35,681 bases of DNA from a virus (IMGVR_UViG_3300027804_000131:1-35681); one strand, 5' to 3'. Counted from the first letter of the stretch, positions 25,129 to 34,432 are shown. Numbers and translations are program-made. Notes: a model not told the origin generated them from the sequence alone.

Positions 25129-25246
25129 GTATGGCAAAGGCGAATTGCATTCTGGTAAAGGTGGCCCAGTGGTCAAGTCTCAGCGCCAAGCCGTAGCTAT
25201 CGCGCTCAGTGAGGCTGGCGTAGCTAAGAAAAAGGCTAAGAAATGA
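25082..25246 (+). CDS. 54 aa Lys-rich protein, DUF6496-like (not in ORF track)
   Basis: SD AGGAG; KVAKVMREYGKGELHSG...QAVAIALSEAG; ATGA overlap with next gene. Confidence 0.75.
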   Translation: MKKTKAAKKVAKVMREYGKGELHSGKGGPVVKSQRQAVAIALSEAGVAKKKAKK

Positions 25247-25425
25247 AGCCCGGTCTTTACAGTAATATTCATGCTAAACGCAAGCGCATAGCCGAGGGTT
25301 CAGGCGAGAAGATGAAGAAGCCGGGAACTAAGGGCGCTCCTACTAAAGCGGACTTCAAGCAAGCGGCTAAAACAGCCAAGCCTGTTCGTGGTTCCCGTAC
25401 AGCTAAGAATAAGTCTAAGAAATAA
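25243..25425 (+). CDS. Lys-rich small protein
   Basis: KPGLYSNIHAKRKRI..GSGEKM. Confidence 0.7.
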   Translation: MKPGLYSNIHAKRKRIAEGSGEKMKKPGTKGAPTKADFKQAAKTAKPVRGSRTAKNKSKK

Positions 25426-25931
25426 TGGCTGGCTTACTGTCCCCTCCGGCTGCTTCAATGGATGGCTCAATATTTGTCAATGCTGCCAAAAAATTTGGAT
25501 TGCCAACTGACAACGATACTTTAAATAAAATTGTTGCAATGGTTAATCTTGGAGAATCTCCTGATATTGCAGCGCAAAAATTATCTGGGATGGGTCTTTT
25601 AAGTCCCGGCGCTAATTCAATGTTGCGAGTTGATAAAACTCCTAAAGGTGCAGGGTATTTTGGAGTTCTTAAAGGTATTGCTGGTGATGTAAAAGGTATG
25701 GATGTAACAGAATTAAGCGCAGATTCAGATATAAATGGACAGCGAATACTATATCCATTGGTTGTTCCTACATTAAGCAAACAAGAGCTTAATATATTGC
25801 TTTCTGGTAAAAAACCAACAGATAGTATTTATCAAAAAGCTGAGGAATTTGCCATGCAAAGAATGAAAGATGGTTTACCAACATTTGCTAGACCGGGTGA
25901 AATATTCCCACTTCCTAAAGGTAAGAAATGA
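25425..25931 (+). CDS. Hypothetical protein with GLL motifs
   Basis: MAGLLSP start; AT-rich; coupled TAATG/ATGA. Confidence 0.65.
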   Translation: MAGLLSPPAASMDGSIFVNAAKKFGLPTDNDTLNKIVAMVNLGESPDIAAQKLSGMGLLSPGANSMLRVDKTPKGAGYFGVLKGIAGDVKGMDVTELSADSDINGQRILYPLVVPTLSKQELNILLSGKKPTDSIYQKAEEFAMQRMKDGLPTFARPGEIFPLPKGKK

Positions 25932-26383
25932 AACCTTGTCCTAAAGTCTGTTCAGACATCCAGCTCAACCTAGCTAATAGGGATTGGGCATTTAAAAATG
26001 TAGGCTATGGCCCGGCAAACCCAGAGGAACCTGAAGACTTCTGGGATAAACGTGCTGAGGAATGGGCTACGACTCCAGACAATGCACAGACAATGCGTTG
26101 TGGTAACTGTGCTGCATTTATCCAGACTCCTGAGATGATGGACTGCATCGTTAAGGGTATTCAGGGTGAGGAATCAGACGCTGAGACTTACGCTAACGAG
26201 GTGGTCGCAGAGTCAGAACTAGGCTACTGTGAGCTTTTTGAGTTCAAGTGTGCTGCTGATCGTACCTGTTCTGCTTGGCTGGTAGGTGGCCCAATTACTG
26301 AGGCTATGACCAACAAGCAAAAGACCATGCTTAAAATGGCAAAGATGGAGTATGACGAAGAAGAAGACGAGGATGAAGAATAA
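25928..26383 (+). CDS. Cys-rich protein (HiPIP-like spacing) with acidic tail
   Basis: CGNC...GYCELF..KC...TCSAW; ends EYDEEEDEDEE. Confidence 0.65.
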   Translation: MKPCPKVCSDIQLNLANRDWAFKNVGYGPANPEEPEDFWDKRAEEWATTPDNAQTMRCGNCAAFIQTPEMMDCIVKGIQGEESDAETYANEVVAESELGYCELFEFKCAADRTCSAWLVGGPITEAMTNKQKTMLKMAKMEYDEEEDEDEE

Positions 26384-26682
26384 TGGCAGCGGCTTGGACT
26401 AAGAAGGCTGGCAAGAATCCTAAAGGCGGTCTTAATGAGAAAGGCCGTAAGTCTTACGAGGCTGAGAATCCCGGCTCTGACCTAAAGGCTCCAGTCAAGT
26501 CAGGTGATAACCCCCGTCGAGCGAGCTTTTTAGCACGTATGGGCAATATGCCGGGGCCAGAGAAGAAGCCTAACGGTGAGCCTACGCGCCTACTGTTATC
26601 CCTAAAGGCATGGGGTGCTAGCAGCAAGGCAGATGCTAAGAAGAAGGCAGCAGCTATTTCCGCTAGAAATAAGAAAAAATGA
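26383..26682 (+). CDS. Basic protein, DUF6321-like
   Basis: GKNPKGGLNEKGR...RRASFLARM...SLKAWG. Confidence 0.7.
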   Translation: MAAAWTKKAGKNPKGGLNEKGRKSYEAENPGSDLKAPVKSGDNPRRASFLARMGNMPGPEKKPNGEPTRLLLSLKAWGASSKADAKKKAAAISARNKKK

Positions 26683-27200
26683 TACTAAATCTAGGCTCCG
26701 GTAAAGACTGGAGAGAGGATTGTCTAAACTCAGACATACAGGCTAGGGTAAATCCTGACTGGGTATGCGACATATCTAAGGTTCAATGGGGTGAGGTAAT
26801 AGAAACCCGGTTTGGACAGATCAAGATTGAGCCGGGTATGTTTGAAAAAATCGTCGCAAATGACGTTTTAGAGCATATTCCGGATTTAATTAGTGCCATG
26901 AAGAACTGCCGAGACTTACTTAAAGTCGGTGGTGAGTTCGTTATATCTGTGCCGTATGAGCTAAGTCTAGGTGCTTGGCAAGATCCTACGCACGTACGTG
27001 CTTTTAACGAGAATAGCTGGCTGTACTATACCGAGTGGTGCTGGTATTTAGGTTGGGAATCTGGCTTTAGATTGGCAGAGCTTCAGTTTAAGTTGTCTGA
27101 ACTAGGCTCAGGAATGTCTGAGAATGGCGTTTCTGATGAGGAAATCCTAAGAACTCCACGAGCTGTAGACTCAATGAAGGTGACATTGTGCAAGCTATAG
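26679..27200 (+). CDS. Class I SAM-dependent methyltransferase
   Basis: LNLGSG motif I, DVLEHI, LLKVGG, DPTH. Confidence 0.85.
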   Translation: MILNLGSGKDWREDCLNSDIQARVNPDWVCDISKVQWGEVIETRFGQIKIEPGMFEKIVANDVLEHIPDLISAMKNCRDLLKVGGEFVISVPYELSLGAWQDPTHVRAFNENSWLYYTEWCWYLGWESGFRLAELQFKLSELGSGMSENGVSDEEILRTPRAVDSMKVTLCKL

Positions 27201-27895
27201 TTATCTGTACGGTAAAGAACCCCGGCGTAACGATATTGCTTGAAAGCATTAGAGTTTATGCTCCTACGATGCCTGTATACCTATTTGGTAATAGTTTAGA
27301 GCTTTGGCACAAGGCTAAGAGTATCCTGCCTAACTTGGTCTGGAGGCCGAACGATGCGACTAACTTTGGCGATGCTTACAATACGGCAATAGATTATGCC
27401 TTTGAGCATGGACGTTATAAATCAGTCATTGTGTCTAATGATGACGTTGTTATAACACCTAGTGCCATAGATGTAATGAAGAATGATTCGGAAATTCTGG
27501 AATCAAATGGCGTAAATGTCGGATTCTTGGGAGCCAGATCGGACTATGTATTGCCTGACCAGAACATTAGATTCCCTGTAGAGGAAGATGAGCGAGTCGG
27601 ATTAAAGTGGGAAAGCGAGTTCTACATTAAGCCCACAGGAGTGATTGCTCCGATATTTGCTACCATTAGCAAGAAGGCATGGGATGTAGCTAAGTTCCCT
27701 AGCACGAATTGGTATTCCGATAATATAATATGCCATGACCTGCAAAAAGCAGGGTTTGAGCATTTTGTATCAAGGGCTTATGTTCATCACGCAGGAAGCC
27801 AGACAGTAGGAACAGACTTTGAGAAATGCCATGAGGAACCACGAGAGTGGATAAAGGCTAACAGACCGGATATATACGAGGTGTTTTATGGCTAA
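27188..27895 (+). CDS. Glycosyltransferase family 2-like
   Basis: NFGDAYN, SNDDV, WYSDN, AYVHH.GSQT. Confidence 0.8.
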   Translation: MQAIVICTVKNPGVTILLESIRVYAPTMPVYLFGNSLELWHKAKSILPNLVWRPNDATNFGDAYNTAIDYAFEHGRYKSVIVSNDDVVITPSAIDVMKNDSEILESNGVNVGFLGARSDYVLPDQNIRFPVEEDERVGLKWESEFYIKPTGVIAPIFATISKKAWDVAKFPSTNWYSDNIICHDLQKAGFEHFVSRAYVHHAGSQTVGTDFEKCHEEPREWIKANRPDIYEVFYG

Positions 27896-28472
27896 CCCGA
27901 TTGATGATTTCTTCAAGATGCTGGCAAATCAGATAACTGGTGCTGGCGTTCAGGCTTATGGTGCTGTTGCTGATCGTAGCCAGATGCCATCAAACAAACG
28001 TATATATTTGGAAACATTTGCAGATAAGCAGATGAATCCTATTACTGAGAAGAACTTTACTGAGGCAGAGTTAAAGACAATCGGTGAGTTGGTTAGAGCA
28101 AAACAAATGGCTAATCCCAATGCGCCTACAGGATATATCCAGTACAAGGACTATGCTAACTTTGTTCCTTCAGCGCAAAACTCTATGGCGGCTGGAGTAG
28201 GAGCAGGAGCAGCTAACCCTTACGAGAACATCAGGACTACGCTAGGTCAGTTTAACTACGCTGTAGATCCAAAGACAGGAAATGTTTCGATTAAGGACAC
28301 TTACGACTTCAATCCATTAAAAAGCAAAGTACAGCAAAGTATGTCTACAGGAGATTATATTGCTAATGCTCCTAGTCTTTACGGATTGGCAAGAATGTAC
28401 GGTGAGGCAATGATGCCGCAAGGTAAAGGTAGACAGGTACAGATTCAGATACCGGGACTACTTGGTAGATAA
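27888..28472 (+). CDS. Hypothetical protein with colicin M-like DxYDFN motif
   Basis: SD GAGGTG; TLGQF...IKDTYDFN...GKGRQVQIQIPGLLGR. Confidence 0.6.
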   Translation: MANPIDDFFKMLANQITGAGVQAYGAVADRSQMPSNKRIYLETFADKQMNPITEKNFTEAELKTIGELVRAKQMANPNAPTGYIQYKDYANFVPSAQNSMAAGVGAGAANPYENIRTTLGQFNYAVDPKTGNVSIKDTYDFNPLKSKVQQSMSTGDYIANAPSLYGLARMYGEAMMPQGKGRQVQIQIPGLLGR

Positions 28473-28499
28473 GCATGACATCCAAAGGATAATGCAATT

Positions 28500-28799
28500 A
28501 TGGAAACAGATAGCGATTTTAAAACGCCAGAAATCGGCAAAGGACTAGCAGGGCCGGGTAGACCTAAAGGAATGCCTAATAAGGCCACTGGTAAGGTCAG
28601 AGAGGCTATTGCAGAGCTACTAGAGCGCAATGCTCCTAACATGGATAGATGGCTTAATGAGGTAGCTGATAAAGATCCTCATAAGGCATTGGACATTATC
28701 CAGAAGCTTTCTGAGTACCATATCCCTAAGCTGGCTAGGACTGAGGTTACAGGACTTGATGGCGCTCCTCAGCAGCATGTGGTTACATGGCAGAAGTAA
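28500..28799 (+). CDS. Terminase small subunit
   Basis: GRPKGMPNKAT and PKLARTEVTG.DG motifs; overlaps large subunit. Confidence 0.75.
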   Translation: METDSDFKTPEIGKGLAGPGRPKGMPNKATGKVREAIAELLERNAPNMDRWLNEVADKDPHKALDIIQKLSEYHIPKLARTEVTGLDGAPQQHVVTWQK

Positions 28800-30046
28800 T
28801 CGAGATCCCCTATAAGCCAAGGGAGCATCAACTAACTCTGCATGAGGCGTTAGACAATAACCGCTTCGTTGTTGGAGTTATGCACAGGCGGTTTGGCAAG
28901 ACTGTTGCAGCTATTAACCAGATCGTCAAACAGGCTATAGAGTGCCAGCTAGAAGCTCCTAGATACGCCTATGTCGCGCCAACTTATGCCCAAGCCAAAA
29001 GAATTGCCTTTGATTATTTAGTTAAATATACGGCTCCACTAGGTGCAGTGGCTAATATATCGGAACTTAGGGTAGATTTCTGGGGACGTAGGATTTCGCT
29101 ACATGGCGCAGAAAACCCAGACTCACTGCGAGGCGGTTACTACGATGGAGTAGTGTTAGACGAAGTTGGCGATATGAATCCTAAGATTTGGAACGAGATT
29201 CTTCGTCCTGCCCTAGCTGATCGTCTTGGATGGGCGCTATTCATCGGAACGCCGAAAGGGAATAATCACTATAAAGGGTTGCGCGATAGAGCCAAAGTAA
29301 CTGAGGATTGGGCGTTAGTTGAGTTTAGGGCTTCGCAGACAAATATTATTCCAGAGAAAGAGCTATGGTCTTCTCGTCAGGAAATGGGCGAAGACAAGTA
29401 TTTGCAAGAATTTGAGTGTTCTTTTGATGCACCAGTCGAGGGTAGTTATTATGGTCAGATTATTAACGATCTCGAAGCCAAGTCTAGGATCACGACTATT
29501 GACCGGGATGACCTTTGCAAGTCTTTTGTTGCTTGGGATCTTGGTATGGGTGACTCTACTTGTCTATGGGTGGCTCAGTTGGCTGGCAAAGAAGTGCGGC
29601 TTATCGACTGCATCGAGAATCACGGAGTCGGTCTGGACTGGTATGTATCGTGGCTCAGGGAAAACAAGTACGAAGGCTTTGCACAGATACTGCCGCACGA
29701 TGTGGAGGTAAGGGAGCTAGGCACAGGACGCAGCCGTAAGGAAGTCTTGCAAGAGGCTGGCTTAGAGATAACGGTAGCGCCTCGTCTGTCTATAGCTGAC
29801 GGCATTCAGGCTGTCAGACGCTTGCTCCCACGTTGCTGGTTTGACCACAAGACTAAGCCGGGACTAGACGCTATACGCAACTATCGTAGGGAATATAACG
29901 AGAAGCAACAGGTCTTCTACGATAAGCCCTTGCACGATTGGTCTAGCCATTACTCAGATGCCTTCAGATATCTAGCAATAGGGCTTGACGAGAGCGATAG
30001 TTCGTGGTCTTCAGACTTGCCTATTAACGCAAAATGGGTTGTATAA
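28787..30046 (+). CDS. Terminase large subunit
   Basis: HRRFGKT Walker A, VLDE, IGTPKG, WDLG, HDWSSHYSDAFRY. Confidence 0.95.
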   Translation: MAEVIEIPYKPREHQLTLHEALDNNRFVVGVMHRRFGKTVAAINQIVKQAIECQLEAPRYAYVAPTYAQAKRIAFDYLVKYTAPLGAVANISELRVDFWGRRISLHGAENPDSLRGGYYDGVVLDEVGDMNPKIWNEILRPALADRLGWALFIGTPKGNNHYKGLRDRAKVTEDWALVEFRASQTNIIPEKELWSSRQEMGEDKYLQEFECSFDAPVEGSYYGQIINDLEAKSRITTIDRDDLCKSFVAWDLGMGDSTCLWVAQLAGKEVRLIDCIENHGVGLDWYVSWLRENKYEGFAQILPHDVEVRELGTGRSRKEVLQEAGLEITVAPRLSIADGIQAVRRLLPRCWFDHKTKPGLDAIRNYRREYNEKQQVFYDKPLHDWSSHYSDAFRYLAIGLDESDSSWSSDLPINAKWVV

Positions 30047-30073
30047 TAAGCAAAATTCCTGTAAGGGCTTGCT

Positions 30074-32176
30074 ATGAAGATGGATGAAGGCCAGATCAAG
30101 AGTATCGTCGAATCCGAGATAGATGACTCTATCGGATACATTGAGACAGAAACCGTTGAGGAGCGTCGTAAGGCGCTAGATTACTATCTCCGTAATCCGT
30201 ATGGTAACGAGGTAGAAGGTCGCAGCCAGATCGTCACCGGCGAGGTAGCCGAGGCTATCGATGGTGCATTGCCACAACTTATCCGTGTCTTTACGACAAC
30301 AGAGGATATTGTCTACTTTGAGCCTAAGACTGCTGAAGATGAGGAGTCTGCTAAACAAGCTACGGACTACTGCAACTGGGTGTTCTACCGTGAGAACGAA
30401 GGTCTACTGATCCTGCATAACTGGTTTAAGGATGCCTTGCTTGAGAAGGTTGGCATCATTAAGTCGTATTGGGATGCCCAAGAAGATGTTATTAAAGAGA
30501 AATACCAGAACCTGACTGAAGATGAGCTGGTCATGCTGCTGTCTGACGAGTCTCTTACCGTTGTAAGCCAGAAGGTTGAGATGGTTCCTGCTGGCGTGGA
30601 TATGATGGGGATGCCTATTGAGGCTCCATCGTATGACGTTACGGTCAAGCGGACAAATAAGAGTGGTTCTGTAAGGATTGAGAACGTACCTCCGGAGGAG
30701 TTCCTGATTTCCAAGGCGGCTAGGACAATCGAGGACTCCCCTTTTGTAGCTCATCGCAAGCTCATGCAGCGGTCAGAATTGATTGCAATGGGCTACGACA
30801 AAGACATCGTAAATGAGCTACCTTCTTATGACGATCTAAGTTTCTCTGCCGAGCGTGTTGCTCGTTTTGATAACGGAGAACAGCCAGATCAAACTCAGTC
30901 CCTTGACCATTCTATGCAGACGGTTGAGGTATACGAGTGCTATATACGCATTGACGAGAACGATGACGGTATCGCTGAGTTGCGTAGGATTGTTTATTGC
31001 GGATCGGAAATACTAGAAGATGAAGACTGCGACTATGTTCCATTCCATAGCATCTGCCCTATACCTATTCCTCATAAGTTCTTTGGACAGTCGCTGGCAG
31101 ATAGGACTATGGACATCCAGCTTATCAAGTCCACTATTACTCGTCAGTCTCTCGATAATCTCTACCTAACGAATAACAATCGGGTTGGCGCTGTAGATGG
31201 TCAGGTGAACTTGGATGACCTGCTTAACGCTACTCCCGGCGGCATTGTCCGCTTGAAGAATCCTAACGCTCTGGTTCCATTGCAGGTTCAGTCTACCTTT
31301 GGTCAGGCTATGCCAATGCTGGAATACATGGATGCGGTACAGGCCAAGCGTACTGGTGTTAGCGACGCGCAACAAGGTCTTGATCCAGACATTCTGTCTA
31401 ACGTAACGGCTGCTGCTGTTGCTGCGATGATGAAGTCTAACTCTGGCAAGCTGGAGTTGATTGCCCGTATCTTTGCTGAGACTGGCGTTAAGAGTCTGTT
31501 TAGAGGCATTCTGCATCTGTTGGGCAAGTATCAGGATAAGCCGAAGATTGTCCGTATGCGTGGCAAGTACGTGCAGTTTGATCCTCGTACATGGGCTAAT
31601 GAATACGATGTATCCGTTAATGTTGGTCTGGGTTCAGGTGACCGGGATCAGAAGCTAACGATGCTTCAGATGGTGCTTGCCAAGCAGGAGCAGATCATCC
31701 AGACCTATGGCCCATCTAACCCGCTTGTTTCTGTTGGTCAATACCGTAACACGTTAGCAAAGTTCATCGAGGCTGCTGGTTTCAAGGATGCTAATGCTTT
31801 CATGAACGAGATTACGCCTGAGATGGATGCTCAGTTGTCGCAGCCACAGCCACCTGCGCCAGATCAACAAGCAGAAGTGGCGCAGTTGTTGGCGCAGGTC
31901 GAGCGTGAGAAGACACAGGCTAAGGCGCAGATTGATGCTGCTAAGTTGGATCTTGAGCGTCAGAACCTAGAGGCTGAGTTCACCCGCAAGGGCATCGAGA
32001 TGCAGATGAAGAACCAGAAGGATCAGGCTGACATTCGCATTAAAGAGGCGCAGTTAGCAGTTCAGCAATTGCAAGCGGTATTGGCAATGGACTTGGCTGA
32101 CGAGGATAGCCGTAACAAACAAGCTGAGATTGTCTTGAAGGCGATTAAAGAGCTAGGGAGTCTGACAGGTGGATAA
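30074..32176 (+). CDS. Portal protein (P22-like with C-terminal coiled-coil barrel)
   Basis: 700 aa after terminase; DAL..K.GIIK, Q..RTGV, long Gln/Ala helix. Confidence 0.9.
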   Translation: MKMDEGQIKSIVESEIDDSIGYIETETVEERRKALDYYLRNPYGNEVEGRSQIVTGEVAEAIDGALPQLIRVFTTTEDIVYFEPKTAEDEESAKQATDYCNWVFYRENEGLLILHNWFKDALLEKVGIIKSYWDAQEDVIKEKYQNLTEDELVMLLSDESLTVVSQKVEMVPAGVDMMGMPIEAPSYDVTVKRTNKSGSVRIENVPPEEFLISKAARTIEDSPFVAHRKLMQRSELIAMGYDKDIVNELPSYDDLSFSAERVARFDNGEQPDQTQSLDHSMQTVEVYECYIRIDENDDGIAELRRIVYCGSEILEDEDCDYVPFHSICPIPIPHKFFGQSLADRTMDIQLIKSTITRQSLDNLYLTNNNRVGAVDGQVNLDDLLNATPGGIVRLKNPNALVPLQVQSTFGQAMPMLEYMDAVQAKRTGVSDAQQGLDPDILSNVTAAAVAAMMKSNSGKLELIARIFAETGVKSLFRGILHLLGKYQDKPKIVRMRGKYVQFDPRTWANEYDVSVNVGLGSGDRDQKLTMLQMVLAKQEQIIQTYGPSNPLVSVGQYRNTLAKFIEAAGFKDANAFMNEITPEMDAQLSQPQPPAPDQQAEVAQLLAQVEREKTQAKAQIDAAKLDLERQNLEAEFTRKGIEMQMKNQKDQADIRIKEAQLAVQQLQAVLAMDLADEDSRNKQAEIVLKAIKELGSLTGG

Positions 32177-32399
32177 GGCACAGTGGGCTTCTAACTTGAT
32201 TATGGAGCCAATCTTTCAGGAGATGATGGAAGATCTCCGAGGCAATGAACTTAACAAAATTATAAACAGTACCTATGGTGAGTTAGAGCTTCGTGAGGAG
32301 GCTTATATCCGTCTTAGGGTACTAGATTCAATTGAATCTCATCTTGAAAGCATGGCTGCTCAAAAGATGATGGACGAAAAAAGGATTAAGATTTTGTAA
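32169..32399 (+). CDS. Small head-module protein
   Basis: 76 aa helical ORF between portal and scaffold. Confidence 0.65.
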   Translation: MDKAQWASNLIMEPIFQEMMEDLRGNELNKIINSTYGELELREEAYIRLRVLDSIESHLESMAAQKMMDEKRIKIL

Positions 32400-32442
32400 C
32401 CCGAATCGGGCGGTTCCCGATATAATTTAGGAAACAACACAC

Positions 32443-33411
32443 ATGAGCGATACTCCAAACACGACTCCGGAAGGAAGTGGAGAGTTGACGGTAGAAGGTG
32501 CAGCTAACGCTTTCTTGAGCATGATGAATCGAGAAGATGGCTCCGAACAGGAACAACCAGAATCCGCTTCAGAAGCTAACGAAAGCGAGGCCGAATCTGA
32601 TGAGTCGTATGAGTCAGAGGTAGAACGAGAAGATGACGATGGTGAGCAAGAGGAACCTCAGAAGTATCGTGTCAAAGCCGCTGGCGAAGACAAAGAGGTA
32701 ACCCTTGATGAGCTTATCAAGTCTTATCAACTTGGCACTGATTACACCAAGAAATCGCAAGCCGTAGCTGAGGAACGCAAGGCGGTTGAGGCCGAACGTC
32801 ATGCAGTTCAAGAAGCCAAGGCATTGCGCGATCAATACGCGCAGCAGTTGGGGATCATCGAGCAGATGTTGAACCAGCCGCAACAAGCAGAGGATTTGGA
32901 TTATCTGAAAGAGACTGACCCTATCGGTTATGCCGTAAAGGTCGCAGAATTGTCTCAGAAGGAGAAGCAGTTAGCACAGGTTCGCGCTCAACGAGAGATG
33001 ATCTCTCAGCAGCAAGAATACGACAGGCAGCAACAGATGAAGCAAATGATAGCCACTGAATCTGAGAAGCTAGTTTCTGTGTTACCTGAGTTTGCTGATC
33101 CGTCTAAGGGCGAAGTAATCCGTAAGGACATTCGCACATACGGTAAGCAGATGGGATTCTCTGATGAAGAACTGGCTAACGTATTTGATTCACGAGCCGT
33201 TCTGACGTTATACAAGGCGATGCAGTACGACAAGTTACAGTCTGCAAAGCCGGGGATTACTAAGAAGGTTTCAGAGGCTCCCAAGGCTATTAAGCCGGGT
33301 GTATCTAAGCCGAGGGATAGTAATTCTGAGGAAATTAGGAAACTTAAGTCACGGGCTAAATCCACTGGTAGTGTTAAGGATGCGGCTAATGTGTTTGAAC
33401 GCTTTTTATAA
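32443..33411 (+). CDS. Scaffolding protein
   Basis: Acidic N-terminus, EVTLDEL..Y....DYTKK, coiled coil, basic C-terminus. Confidence 0.85.
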   Translation: MSDTPNTTPEGSGELTVEGAANAFLSMMNREDGSEQEQPESASEANESEAESDESYESEVEREDDDGEQEEPQKYRVKAAGEDKEVTLDELIKSYQLGTDYTKKSQAVAEERKAVEAERHAVQEAKALRDQYAQQLGIIEQMLNQPQQAEDLDYLKETDPIGYAVKVAELSQKEKQLAQVRAQREMISQQQEYDRQQQMKQMIATESEKLVSVLPEFADPSKGEVIRKDIRTYGKQMGFSDEELANVFDSRAVLTLYKAMQYDKLQSAKPGITKKVSEAPKAIKPGVSKPRDSNSEEIRKLKSRAKSTGSVKDAANVFERFL

Positions 33412-33422
33412 GGAATTGAATC

Positions 33423-34385
33423 ATGGCAATTTATAACGCCTACGACGCAATCGGTCTGCGTGAAGATTTGACCGACGTAATCTATGACATCTCGCCTACT
33501 GAGACTCCATTCATGTCTTCGATTGGCAAGACCAAAGCTACTGCTGTTTTCCACGAGTGGCAGACTGACTCGCTGGCTGCTGCTACCACCAACAACGCTG
33601 CTGTTGAAGGTGCTGATGCTTCGGACGCAACTCTGTCACCTACTACCCGTCTTGGTAACTACACCCAGATCCTGCAAAAGACTATCAAAGTCTCTGGCAC
33701 TTTGGATGCAGTGAACAAAGCTGGTCGTAAGTCGGAAAAGGCTTACCAGTTGGCTAAGGCTTCGCAAGAGCTGAAGCGCGATCTGGAAACCATCCTGCTG
33801 TCGAATCAAGGTCGTTCGGTTGGTTCGAGCAACTCGTCGGCTCGTAAGATGGGTTCGCTGTTGTCTTGGATCAAGACCAACTCGTCGGTTCAGACTAACG
33901 GTAGCGATCCTACGACTATCGGTGTATCGACTCGTACTGACGGTAACACACGTACCTTCACCGAAGCCCTGCTGAAGGAAGTTGTGGCTGAAGTGTTTAC
34001 TTCGGGTGGCGTACCTAAGATTCTGATGGTTGGCCCATCTGGCAAGCAGAAGGTTTCTAGCTTCACAGGTCTGTCTGCTTATCGTTACAACGTCAATGCT
34101 GGTGGTGGTGGTGCTGTTGGTGCTGCTACTATCGTTGGCGCTGCTGACGTTTACCTGTCGGACTTCGGTTCAATGAGCGTGGTTCCTAACCGCTTCATGC
34201 GTACCCGCGATGCTCTGATCCTTGATCCTGAGTACGCTGCTCTGGCCTATCTGCGTCCTTTCCAGACTATCGAACTGGCGAAAGCTGGCGATGCTGACAA
34301 GACTCAGGTTCTGGTCGAAGTTACGCTGGAAGTTAAGAACGAAGCTGCTCATGGCATCGTTGCTGACTTGAATATGGCACTGTAA
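33423..34385 (+). CDS. Major capsid protein (DUF5309/SU10-like)
   Basis: REDL.D.IY.ISPTETPF, HEWQTD.L, NYTQI, LEVKNE.AHG; strongly biased codon use. Confidence 0.9.
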   Translation: MAIYNAYDAIGLREDLTDVIYDISPTETPFMSSIGKTKATAVFHEWQTDSLAAATTNNAAVEGADASDATLSPTTRLGNYTQILQKTIKVSGTLDAVNKAGRKSEKAYQLAKASQELKRDLETILLSNQGRSVGSSNSSARKMGSLLSWIKTNSSVQTNGSDPTTIGVSTRTDGNTRTFTEALLKEVVAEVFTSGGVPKILMVGPSGKQKVSSFTGLSAYRYNVNAGGGGAVGAATIVGAADVYLSDFGSMSVVPNRFMRTRDALILDPEYAALAYLRPFQTIELAKAGDADKTQVLVEVTLEVKNEAAHGIVADLNMAL

Positions 34386-34391
34386 AGAACT

Positions 34392-34422
34392 AGCCCCTGA
34401 CCTTATGGTTGGGGGCTTTTCT
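34392..34422 (+). terminator. Rho-independent terminator after capsid gene
   Basis: AGCCCCTGACC-TTAT-GGTTGGGGGCT then TTTCT. Confidence 0.8.
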
Positions 34423-34432
34423 ATGAGGATTT

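Noticed and set aside
30017-30047. Promoter upstream of portal (TTGCCT...TATAAT)
   Set aside because: The 19 nt spacer is suboptimal and TATAAT overlaps the terminase stop codon; insufficient support.
33006-33554. 182 aa minus-strand ORF and similar shadow ORFs (e.g. 3170, 12764, 25415, 30385, 30404, 31166)
   Set aside because: Antisense to well-supported genes with biased codon use; no independent signals.
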